This document shows positions 1 through 8,696 of a stretch of DNA of 64,000 nt, piece after piece. The notes under the pieces are model-generated. The model had not been told where the DNA came from. It worked only from the letters and a program-made list of their open reading frames with translations, and searched no databases. The stretch is from Anaerohalosphaeraceae bacterium (lineage in GTDB: Bacteria; Planctomycetota; Phycisphaerae; Sedimentisphaerales; Anaerohalosphaeraceae), in assembly GCA_963675525.2 (NCBI GenBank), contig CAXXSL010000013.1, positions 184,253 through 248,252 of the forward strand. Reading direction: 5' to 3'. Each line of letters begins with the position of its first letter. Position 1 is the first letter of the stretch. The translations under genes and the position numbers were made by a program.

Positions 1-365
1 ATGAAGTCGTAGCTGTTTGATTCAAGCTTTGTATCAGCCGCATCAGCAACCTGCCAGTGGATTTTTTTGTTTCGTATCCACGGCTTTGCTGCGAGGCGCT
101 CCTGCTTTTGGTGTGCCCGTTCAATCATTGCTTCACTGATGTCCAGCCCCGTGACATCTTTGCTATGACTGTGTTTGAGAAAGGTGAATGCCAGATCGCC
201 GGTCCCTGTACAGACATCCAATATGCGCTGGTGAATTTTTGAGTTTAAGGTCTTGGTGATCTCCCGCCGCCATAACTGGTCAATCCCGAAACTGAACAGG
301 TGATTGCACCGGTCGTATCGGGCAGCAATATCTTCAAAATCAAATTTTGTGTTTGGCTGATTCAT
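1..365 (-). CDS. ubiE: Demethylmenaquinone/ubiquinone C-methyltransferase (UbiE/MenG), N-terminal part; gene runs off the left window edge
   Basis: Open to the window edge, so absent from the ORF track. Minus-strand translation from ATG 365-363 gives MNQPNTKFDFEDIAARYDRCNHLFSFGIDQLWRREI...ILDVCTGTGDLAF...VTGLDISEAMIERA. This is the UbiE/MenG N-terminal signature plus SAM-binding motif I. ATGA start/stop overlap with the upstream CPBP gene (362-365). Confidence 0.8.
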   Translation of the reverse strand, partial: MNQPNTKFDFEDIAARYDRCNHLFSFGIDQLWRREITKTLNSKIHQRILDVCTGTGDLAFTFLKHSHSKDVTGLDISEAMIERAHQKQERLAAKPWIRNKKIHWQVADAADTKLESNSYDF

Positions 366-979
366 TGTATCGGCAAGAGAATAAAAATGGTTACGTCCCA
401 GATGGCATGACAGATGATACACGGCCAAAGGTTTTTCGTCAATGAAAACATCGATCCCCAAAAGACGCCACACAAAGCGGATGCGGCCAGAAGCATCAAA
501 TTAAATGACCACACATGCACCAATGCATAAATCGCCGTTGCAATGACAAAACCAATCAGCATACCGCAGCGTTTCGACAAGCGTTTTTGCACAAAGCCAC
601 GCCAGAAGATTTCTTCGGCGGGGCCGATGATGAAAAATAACAGTCCTCCAATCAGCCACGGATTTTGCCCGGTGCGGATGACATAAATCGAATCGACCTG
701 TGCCGCGGCAAACGGCAGAATGTGTGTCGAGATGAAATGGCCGACCCAAAACATGCCATATAAAACGGCGGCGGAAATGATGCCGATTGGAATGAAAATC
801 AGTTTAAATCGATAGTTATCGGATAATTGTTTTCGGTCCAGAAGGAGGGAAGCTAATGCTAATAGCGCCGCGGTGGCAGTCATCGTGGGGAAAAAGGCGA
901 TCGCGTGTTTTGTCCACGGACTGAACATGACAAAAAAACCCGCCGCGGCAAGGAACACCATTATCCAAACCGCTCTCAC
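362..979 (-). CDS. CPBP (CAAX/Abi) family intramembrane metalloprotease
   Basis: 205-aa polytopic membrane ORF with CPBP motifs: EExxxR (PAEEIFWRGF), a His motif (YALVH) and HAIWD near the C-terminus. GTG start overlaps the menA stop (GTGA, 976-979). Confidence 0.8.
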   Translation of the reverse strand: MRAVWIMVFLAAAGFFVMFSPWTKHAIAFFPTMTATAALLALASLLLDRKQLSDNYRFKLIFIPIGIISAAVLYGMFWVGHFISTHILPFAAAQVDSIYVIRTGQNPWLIGGLLFFIIGPAEEIFWRGFVQKRLSKRCGMLIGFVIATAIYALVHVWSFNLMLLAASALCGVFWGSMFSLTKNLWPCIICHAIWDVTIFILLPIQ

Positions 980-1905
980 AAAAACGCCCCCAAAAGAATC
1001 GAAACCATCAACAGAATCCCGAACGGCAAATGCAGTTGAGCCGTCTGTACATCCAGCATGGCAATATCCTGCGGCTGGTCCGTTTGGCTTTTCAGTGCGG
1101 TCCTGATGTTTTTAACCGCCGGCGGAATTGTCAACAACGTCAGCAGTGACCACAACGGAAGAACACCGAACACGATCATACCCAGTGTCACAACATAGGC
1201 ACTAACAACCAATCCGCTGTATTCTATACGTGCCCAGCGGTGCCCCAGAACCGTAGCGGTACTGTTAATGCCCGCCTGAGTATCATGCAGGATGTCACGA
1301 AGGTTGTTGCCGGAAAGGATCGCCGCAACCAGAAACCCGATCGGCAATGAAATCAGCAGAACCTCGGTTTGCCAAGAACCGGTCAGTACATAAAAGCTGC
1401 CGATGACCATCAGCGGACCCATCAGCATAAAAACGCACAAGTCGCCAAGGCCAAGATATTTGTAACCAACCGGAGTCGCTGTGTAAAAAAAGCCGCCCAA
1501 GATACCAACCGCCCCCAATAACAGGATCGGCCATCCGTAAACGGCAATAAAAATCAACCCGATACCGGCGCTGACAGCGAAAAGCACCAGGCCGCCCGCA
1601 AACACCTGTTTAGGCCTAAGCAAATTCTCGACGAGTACTCGACTGCCGCCGTGTGTATCGGGACGATCAACGCCTTTTTGATAATCAAAATACTCGCTGA
1701 CCATATTGGTCGCTGCATGCATCAACAACGAAGCGATCGCAATCAGCGGCAGCAGTTCCCACCGCGCCGGCTGCTGAAAATACGGCACCACAGCTGCGCC
1801 CAGGAAAACCGGCGTCATGGAAGCCGTAAACGAGAACGGACGGGCCGCCTGGATCCAAGCGCGTAATGAACGGTGTGATGTATTCATGCTTAGCTCCGCT
1901 GTCAT
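976..1905 (-). CDS. menA: 1,4-dihydroxy-2-naphthoate polyprenyltransferase (UbiA family, MenA-like)
   Basis: 309 aa with about 8-9 predicted TM helices. UbiA-family first acidic motif region (NMVSEYFDYQKGVD). Same tight operon as ubiE/menG. Confidence 0.75.
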   Translation of the reverse strand: MTAELSMNTSHRSLRAWIQAARPFSFTASMTPVFLGAAVVPYFQQPARWELLPLIAIASLLMHAATNMVSEYFDYQKGVDRPDTHGGSRVLVENLLRPKQVFAGGLVLFAVSAGIGLIFIAVYGWPILLLGAVGILGGFFYTATPVGYKYLGLGDLCVFMLMGPLMVIGSFYVLTGSWQTEVLLISLPIGFLVAAILSGNNLRDILHDTQAGINSTATVLGHRWARIEYSGLVVSAYVVTLGMIVFGVLPLWSLLTLLTIPPAVKNIRTALKSQTDQPQDIAMLDVQTAQLHLPFGILLMVSILLGAFL

Positions 1906-1907
1906 AA

Positions 1908-3260
1908 TTATCTCCCGAAGGATTGTTTGGCCAACATGCCAACGGCACTGATATAGGCCTCAGATCGCTGGATGTAATTTTTGAACATATCATAGCTGGC
2001 GCAGGCCGGGCTCATTAAAACCACGTCACCGCCAACGGCCAACTCATTGGCAATTTGGACGGCCTGCTGCATTGAATCGGCATATTTAATAACACATTTT
2101 GTATTTTCAATAGATTGTATCGACGCAGCGATTTTCTCCGCCGTTTGCCCGATCAATACGACTGCTTTGGCACGTTCGGCAATGCATTTTCCCAATTCTA
2201 CAAAACTGATTTTCTTATCATAACCGCCGGCAATCAGAACCTTGGGGTCATCAATGCCGTTCAGGGCCGCCATGGTGCTGACCGGCGTCGTCGCTTTCGA
2301 GTCATCGTACCAACGAACGCCATTGGCCTCGGCGACAAGCTGACAGCGATTCGGCAAGCCTTTAAAAGTCGCAACTGCATCTGCAATCGCTGACGGGGCA
2401 CTATCAAAACAGGATACAATTGCCAGTGCCGCGGCCAGATTCGAGCGATTCGCACGGCCGGGCAGCCGATATAATCCAGTGTATTTGTTCGGAACATCAT
2501 CGGCACTGAAAGCCAGGCAGTTGCGTCCAGCCTTATAAAGATATTTCTGATACCACGCACGAGTAATCGAATCTTCGGCGTTAAAGATGGAAATATCACC
2601 CGGTTTTTGATATTTAAAAATCCCCTCTTTGACCCGACAATATTCCTCAAAGGTACCGTGACGATCAATGTGATTGGCGGTCAGATTGGTGATTAAGGCA
2701 ATGTGCGGAGCGGCCTGAATGCGTGCCAACTGTTCGAGTTGAAAATTGCTGATCTCCAGAACGACAATGTCATCTTTATCGATGTCATCGACAATATCCA
2801 GCAACGGCTGGTGACCAATATTGCCGCCCAGCCAAACCTTGCGACTGCCGACCTGCAATAAGTGGGCGGCCAGCGAAGTGGTCGTGCTTTTACCATTGGC
2901 TCCGGTGATCCCGACAATCGGTGCCGGACACAACTGGAAGAAGATTTCCATCTGTGACGTGATTAAGGCGCCGGCTTGTTGGGCAATTTGGATGTAGCGA
3001 TTATTCGGCGGTACGGCGGGGTTTACGATAAGAATATCGGCACCGGAAAAATCATCCTCACGATGCTCGCCGAGTCGATATTGAACGGGAAGCCCCTTCA
3101 AAGCATCCACTGAATCCGCCAGTTCCACATCGGTCGCCAGATCCGTCACAAGCACATTGGCACCGGCCTTGGCGACAAACAAAGCTGAATCAACACCACC
3201 CCCGAAGCGGCCCAATCCCATGACCACAACATTTTTATCGTTGAAGAATGTTCGATCCAT
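1908..3260 (-). CDS. murD: UDP-N-acetylmuramoyl-L-alanine--D-glutamate ligase
   Basis: 450 aa. N-terminal Rossmann motif GLGRFGGG, Mur-ligase P-loop GITGANGKSTTTS, and MurD-like length and domain order. Confidence 0.9.
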   Translation of the reverse strand: MDRTFFNDKNVVVMGLGRFGGGVDSALFVAKAGANVLVTDLATDVELADSVDALKGLPVQYRLGEHREDDFSGADILIVNPAVPPNNRYIQIAQQAGALITSQMEIFFQLCPAPIVGITGANGKSTTTSLAAHLLQVGSRKVWLGGNIGHQPLLDIVDDIDKDDIVVLEISNFQLEQLARIQAAPHIALITNLTANHIDRHGTFEEYCRVKEGIFKYQKPGDISIFNAEDSITRAWYQKYLYKAGRNCLAFSADDVPNKYTGLYRLPGRANRSNLAAALAIVSCFDSAPSAIADAVATFKGLPNRCQLVAEANGVRWYDDSKATTPVSTMAALNGIDDPKVLIAGGYDKKISFVELGKCIAERAKAVVLIGQTAEKIAASIQSIENTKCVIKYADSMQQAVQIANELAVGGDVVLMSPACASYDMFKNYIQRSEAYISAVGMLAKQSFGR

Positions 3261-3275
3261 CAGCCTGATTTTGAA

Positions 3276-4217
3276 TTATGAACGTGCTTTGGCTAATTCC
3301 ATTTTCGCATCGATGGCCGCCTGTTCAATGCATTTTTCCCAGTTGTCCCCGAACTGCTCTTTGTATTTCGGATCATCGAACGCATAAATAATCGAGCGTG
3401 ACGCATTAATCAACGCCCCCATGCCGTCCTTGTTGCAGAAACGCAGACAATCGGTTGCTCCGGCACCCTGTGAACCGAATCCGGGAACCAGGAACCAACA
3501 CTTGGGATAACGCTGACGTAATACGCTGGTTTCCTCAGGACTGGTTCCGCCGACCACCATGCCGATGTTGCTGTAGCCGGATTCGCCAATGCGTTTGGTT
3601 TGATTCGCAATCTCACTGACAACGGCAGCGAGTTTTTCATACATCTTCACGCCAGCAGCGTCAGCAAAATCCTGAACCGCCCCGGCACTGGGGTTGCTGG
3701 CACGAACCCAGACAAAAACACCCTTGCCCTGCTCAGTCGCCACATCGGCAAACGGCACGATCCCGTCGGCACCGGCAAACCCATTCACCGTAATGGCATC
3801 CGGCGTAATGATATCATCCATGCCTTCAAATTCAGGGTTCTGCAGGTGAGCTTGGGCATAGGCTTGAGCGGTATGACCGATATCACCGCGTTTAACGTCC
3901 CCGATTACTTCCAACCCCAGGGCTTCGGCTTCGGCGACCAGTGCGTAATACGTCTCAAGCCCTTCCCAAAGATACCGTTCAAAATAAGCAATGTTAATTT
4001 TTACCGCCGGAACAAGCGGGGCAACAACTTTTAAGGTTCGAGTGCAAAAATCAAAAATCGCATCGATTGATGACGCGATATCTTTTTCGTCATTCATGTC
4101 CCGATGGCTGCGGATGGCTTCCGGCAAACGTCCATAGACCGGGTCCAAACCCACGATCAGCGGGGTATTTTTCTTTTTGATCGACTCACATAAACGATCT
4201 GCAAAATGACTTGCCAC
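3276..4217 (-). CDS. pyrF: Orotidine 5'-phosphate decarboxylase, type 2
   Basis: 313 aa with motifs LIVGLDP, KINIAYFE and DVKRGDIGHTA, typical of long-form PyrF. Confidence 0.9.
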   Translation of the reverse strand: MASHFADRLCESIKKKNTPLIVGLDPVYGRLPEAIRSHRDMNDEKDIASSIDAIFDFCTRTLKVVAPLVPAVKINIAYFERYLWEGLETYYALVAEAEALGLEVIGDVKRGDIGHTAQAYAQAHLQNPEFEGMDDIITPDAITVNGFAGADGIVPFADVATEQGKGVFVWVRASNPSAGAVQDFADAAGVKMYEKLAAVVSEIANQTKRIGESGYSNIGMVVGGTSPEETSVLRQRYPKCWFLVPGFGSQGAGATDCLRFCNKDGMGALINASRSIIYAFDDPKYKEQFGDNWEKCIEQAAIDAKMELAKARS

Positions 4218-4296
4218 AGAGTTTCCTTTCGAGAATAATTATTCCTGTATAAAATTTTCTTCAATCCTAAAGAGCAATCACTATAATCACATTGCG

Positions 4297-5013
4297 ATGA
4301 CAGAGCAAGGAACAATTTCAACAAGTGTGAGAATTATGAATAAAACCGCGACAAAAAAACGTAACTGCCGTCCTCTGCGATGTTTCTGGATTCTTTTCAT
4401 CGTCCTGGCATCGTTGGCCGCCACCGGCATTTTTCTGTGCCGACGCCCCCCCCGCATCTATCAACCCAACCCGGTCGACAATCCGGAACAAGTCAGCCTC
4501 TATTTAACCCATCAACTGGGACCGGATTTCTACAATCAGGTCCAACTGAAAAAGCCTTTTGAACTTCGGGTTGAGCAGGACGGCTTGAACGACATTCTCC
4601 GTCACTGGATCTGGCCGCAAAAAGCCGGCGATGTAGCATTTTCCGACCCGATGATATTGTTCGATGAGCAAGCTATTTACCTCATGGGAACCGTGGAATA
4701 CAACGGATTTTCTTCGGTTCTAACCATAATCGCATCCCCCGCTATCGACCCCGAAGGAAATCTCTCTTTAAATATCGACTCTATTTGGCTGGGAAGCCTG
4801 CCGGCTAAAACCCTCATCAGCTCTCTGGCGAAATACGCTTTTGACCGATCGATATCCGCGTTTGAAAATGACCCGCAACTGGAAGAAATCGTCCGCTCCA
4901 TCATCTACGGTGAACCCTTTAACTCAACATTCGAAATCGCCGGCCGGAATGTAAAAGTGACCAAAATCACCCTTGAAACAAAGATACTGACCCTGCAATT
5001 CAATCCGGAATAG
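4297..5013 (+). CDS. Hypothetical membrane-anchored protein
   Basis: 238-aa ORF. Basic N-terminus followed by one TM helix (FWILFIVLASLAATGIFL). No catalytic motif recognised. Start may be the internal ATG at 4336 (MNKTATKK). Confidence 0.5.
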   Translation: MTEQGTISTSVRIMNKTATKKRNCRPLRCFWILFIVLASLAATGIFLCRRPPRIYQPNPVDNPEQVSLYLTHQLGPDFYNQVQLKKPFELRVEQDGLNDILRHWIWPQKAGDVAFSDPMILFDEQAIYLMGTVEYNGFSSVLTIIASPAIDPEGNLSLNIDSIWLGSLPAKTLISSLAKYAFDRSISAFENDPQLEEIVRSIIYGEPFNSTFEIAGRNVKVTKITLETKILTLQFNPE

Positions 5014-5227
5014 TGCCTCTATAGCTTTTAATGAGCCAAAGATTATCGGTCTCTATATGGATGGTTTCATTTCCTTTTTCTCTTCTCTGTGTTTTAGCCA
5101 AAAGAGAAAGCGAGATTATCAGACCTTGAAAAAAGGTTAAAAAGCCCCTTTTGGTTGGTCGATGCATCCTTGGTCTTGATATCGGTGCCATTATGATTGT
5201 GTCATAATCAAAGGAAACGATAGAACA

Positions 5228-7102
5228 ATGTCATTGCGTGAAAGAATTTCGGTTGTCCTGTTCATCATGTTCTGCTGTTACGGCGGGCTTGAATATGCCG
5301 CGCAGCGATGGCTGATATATCCGGAGTTTGTCTCCCAGGAACAGCAACAAGCCCAAAACTCTAGTAATAAAGTCATAAAAGCCATTAATACCCGATTTTC
5401 TGATTTCCGCAATCAGATCGTCACATCCGCCCAATCCGGGGAAATCGATTCAATGCTCAAAAACACGGCTAACCGCAATGCCATCGGCCAGATCGAAGCC
5501 GCGGATTTTATCGTCCTGTTTGACTATAAATGGAATCCTGTTTTCAGTCAACTTTCCGAGCAAATCACGCCGGAACAGTTTCGGAAGGAACTGCTGGAAG
5601 GCACGACGCCGTTTCTGACAAAAAAACAAATGGGGTTTTCCAAAAAAGGAATTTGCACCCTCAACGGACAGTTCATCTATCTCGTCACCGAACCGGTTCT
5701 GGCGTCCCCTCAAAATAATAAAATCGAGGGAATGGTCTTTGCCGGACAATTCCTCACGGACGAAAGTTTTGAAAAACTTCGCCGGGAACTGAACCTCAGC
5801 TTCAACTGGGATATTCTGACACCCGACAACCAAAAGAAGGAGAATTCGGAAATCATCGATCGAATTACGGCCGAAAAGCCCTATGACTTTTTATCACTGG
5901 GCGACAACTTCATGCAATGCTCGACGGCTCTTTTTGATTATCAGAACCACCCCGCCCTTTTGATCAAAACATTCCGGGATAAAAGTATCAGTGTACAGGG
6001 TTTACAGGCCGTCCATAAGTCTATTCTCATCAAGCTGGTGGCAGGGTTTGTAGCCGTATTATTTGTTATTGTACTTTTGCAGATGGTCGTCATCAGCCCT
6101 ATTATGAAGCTGATAAAGCATGTCGTCAAACTTGAACACCCCGGCAGTGCGAAACAGAAATGTATCCTGTCACGGAAAGATGAGATAGGCACTCTGGCCA
6201 CAGAGTTCGACCAGATGTGCCAACGGGTACAGAATGCACAAGTAAAATTGATGGAAAAATCATACCTGTCCGGTGCCACAGAAATGTCATCCGGCATCCT
6301 GCATAATGTCCGAAATGCCCTCAGTCCGATCACGACCCGCATCGGACGAATCAAAGACCAGTTCCATGATATCCCGCTGGATAATCTTGAAAAGGCGCGG
6401 GAAGAACTGAAAAAAGGAAGCCTCACTCCTGAACGGCGAGCGGATTTGATGCGATTCGTAGAATTGACATTCCAGCAGGTTATGGACAATCTCAAAGAAA
6501 CCGTCTCCGGACTGGAAGACCTTTGCGGGCAGGTTAGTCAAATCGAAGACATGCTCAATACGCAGAGAACTTTTGGCTCCAAAGATGACAAGCCGGTTGA
6601 GTTCATCGAACCCGCCCGGCTGTTAGAAAATGCGATAGGAATGATTCCTGAAAAAATTAAAACAAAAAACCGGATACAGATCTGCCCGAAAATTCAGGAA
6701 CTGCCGGCAATTCCCGTCCATTCGACAACATTCATACAAATCCTGCAAAATCTTATCATAAATGCGTCTGAATCGCTGGAACGTGAAACCCCTCTTTGCC
6801 CCAAAATCAATGTTTCCTGTAAAATCGATCCGCAGCAGGACACCGTCGATATGATGCACTGGAAAATCGAGGACAACGGCACCGGCATCCCGGCGGATAA
6901 AATTGAGACTATTTTTGAACGGGGTGCCTCGTCAAAAACCAAGGGGTTAACGGGCATCGGACTGCACTGGTGCGCCAATACGATCAATGCAATGAAAGGA
7001 CGCCTCTGGGCCGAAAGTGATGGTCTTCACAAGGGCGCCTGTTTCCATATTACAATGCCGATGGCAGCGGAAGAATGCCTTGCGGGAACGAAAGAAGGAT
7101 AG
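5228..7102 (+). CDS. Sensor histidine kinase (two TM segments, extracytoplasmic domain)
   Basis: 624 aa. N-terminal TM and second TM (VAGFVAVLFVIVLLQMVVI). H-box-like SGILHNVRNALSPI, N-box LQNLIINASES, G1 DNGTGIP, G2 GLTGIGL. Confidence 0.8.
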   Translation: MSLRERISVVLFIMFCCYGGLEYAAQRWLIYPEFVSQEQQQAQNSSNKVIKAINTRFSDFRNQIVTSAQSGEIDSMLKNTANRNAIGQIEAADFIVLFDYKWNPVFSQLSEQITPEQFRKELLEGTTPFLTKKQMGFSKKGICTLNGQFIYLVTEPVLASPQNNKIEGMVFAGQFLTDESFEKLRRELNLSFNWDILTPDNQKKENSEIIDRITAEKPYDFLSLGDNFMQCSTALFDYQNHPALLIKTFRDKSISVQGLQAVHKSILIKLVAGFVAVLFVIVLLQMVVISPIMKLIKHVVKLEHPGSAKQKCILSRKDEIGTLATEFDQMCQRVQNAQVKLMEKSYLSGATEMSSGILHNVRNALSPITTRIGRIKDQFHDIPLDNLEKAREELKKGSLTPERRADLMRFVELTFQQVMDNLKETVSGLEDLCGQVSQIEDMLNTQRTFGSKDDKPVEFIEPARLLENAIGMIPEKIKTKNRIQICPKIQELPAIPVHSTTFIQILQNLIINASESLERETPLCPKINVSCKIDPQQDTVDMMHWKIEDNGTGIPADKIETIFERGASSKTKGLTGIGLHWCANTINAMKGRLWAESDGLHKGACFHITMPMAAEECLAGTKEG

Positions 7103-7107
7103 ACATT

Positions 7108-8415
7108 ATGGACTTAAAAAAAGAGCTGAACAAACGAATTCTACTGGTAGATGACGAACCGAAGATCCTTGAAGAACTGCAGAAAGTTCTCGTGCCGGCC
7201 GAAACAAACGGCAAGGAACTGCAGGAGTTGCAGGGTCGGCTGTTCGGGGAATCCGCCTCATCCGGCACCGCAAAGGCAACCTATGATGTACACTGCTGCC
7301 GGCAGGGAGATGAGGCACTGGAAGTCGTTCGGCAGGCTCAGGAAAACAATGAGCCGTTTGCCGTGGCGTTTATGGATGTTCGAATGCCGCCGGGACCGGA
7401 TGGCGTCTGGACCGCCGAACATATAAGAGAAATCGACCCGAATATACAAATCGTCATGATGACGGGCTATTCGGATTTTGACATCAGCGAGATCGCCAAA
7501 CGGGTACCGCCCGAAGATAAACTCCTGTATGTCCAGAAACCGATTCACACACAGGAAATCCGCCAGTTCGCGCTGGCGCTGACCGCCAAATGGCAGTCAG
7601 ATTATCTGCTCCATATCCAGAACGCCCAACTCAAAGATGCCAATGAAAAACTGAAAAAGCTCGACCATATGAAAAGCGAATTCGTCATGACCGTATCGCA
7701 TGAGTTGCGCACGCCCCTGACGATCTTTAAAAATATCATCTCGAACGCCATTGCCGGAGTCATGGGGAAAATCCCTCCCAAGCTCGAACATAATCTTAAA
7801 ATGGCTGACGAAGCCGTCAATCGACTGTCCAGTATCATCAGTGATTTTCTGGATGTCTCCAAGCTCGACGTCGGGAAAATGAAACTGCATCAGGAGGTCC
7901 TCTGCGTCCAGACCGTCATGAATGAAATCGGCGAAATGGCCCGCTTCGTAACCGGCAATAAACACATCCATTTTGACGTAAATTTGCCCTCGGATGATCT
8001 TTATATCTATGCGGATATTGAAAAGATCACGCGCATCATTAACAATCTGATTGAAAACGCCGCAAAATTCGTACCCGAGGGGACCGGTGAAATCACCATG
8101 CGAGTGGAGGAAATCGGCGGCGACCGCATCGGCATCTTTGTCAAGGATAACGGTCCCGGCATCCCCGGCGATGATAAAGAAAAAATATTCGACCAGTTCG
8201 TACAGATCGAAAAACACGTCGGTCCCGGCAAACACGGAACCGGGCTGGGTCTGTCGATCTGCCGCGAGTTGGTCCGGCTTCACTCCGGCCACATCTGGGT
8301 TGAAGACAATCCTGCAGGCGGAGCGATCTTTAAAATTCTTCTGCCTAAATGGGATGTCCAGGAAAATCGCTACGCCGTAACGGATGTCCTTCAGGAAGAA
8401 ACCGTTACCGTATAG
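7108..8415 (+). CDS. Hybrid response-regulator/histidine kinase (REC-HisKA-HATPase)
   Basis: Start placed at ATG 7108 (GAAGGA 8 nt upstream, just after the upstream TAG at 7100-7102) rather than the track start 7075. REC motifs LLVDDEP, MDVRMPPGPDG, VQKP. HisKA SHELRTPL. HATPase NLIENAAKF, DNGPGIP, GTGLGLSI. Confidence 0.85.
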   Translation: MDLKKELNKRILLVDDEPKILEELQKVLVPAETNGKELQELQGRLFGESASSGTAKATYDVHCCRQGDEALEVVRQAQENNEPFAVAFMDVRMPPGPDGVWTAEHIREIDPNIQIVMMTGYSDFDISEIAKRVPPEDKLLYVQKPIHTQEIRQFALALTAKWQSDYLLHIQNAQLKDANEKLKKLDHMKSEFVMTVSHELRTPLTIFKNIISNAIAGVMGKIPPKLEHNLKMADEAVNRLSSIISDFLDVSKLDVGKMKLHQEVLCVQTVMNEIGEMARFVTGNKHIHFDVNLPSDDLYIYADIEKITRIINNLIENAAKFVPEGTGEITMRVEEIGGDRIGIFVKDNGPGIPGDDKEKIFDQFVQIEKHVGPGKHGTGLGLSICRELVRLHSGHIWVEDNPAGGAIFKILLPKWDVQENRYAVTDVLQEETVTV

Positions 8416-8612
8416 TTAATGCAGGATGTTGCCGGTTCCGGGCGCAAACCGACATGACAGGCAACCCTTAATTCACCTTTAATACCCACTCCTCAATGAA
8501 TCGTGCCAAAATCGGAGTTTTGCCGGGTTTTCTGCCATAATGGCATATCTGCTTTGTGTTCGATAATTTTTAAGTCCTTTCAATAGAAAGAGTTAAGATT
8601 ATATTTTTTGTC

Positions 8613-8628
8613 TGGCACGCTGATTGCA
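8613..8628 (+). promoter_or_regulatory. Sigma54-type -24/-12 promoter upstream of dnaK
   Basis: TGGCACGctgaTTGCA matches the RpoN consensus TGGCACG-N4-TTGCW at every specified position, 69 nt upstream of the dnaK ATG. Palindrome TCTGCCATaaTGGCA lies at 8531-8545. Confidence 0.55.
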
Positions 8629-8696
8629 ATAATATTGAAAAGAGACACTATAACTTTGATATTTGAGATGAACAATCAATCATAGGAGTAAAAACA

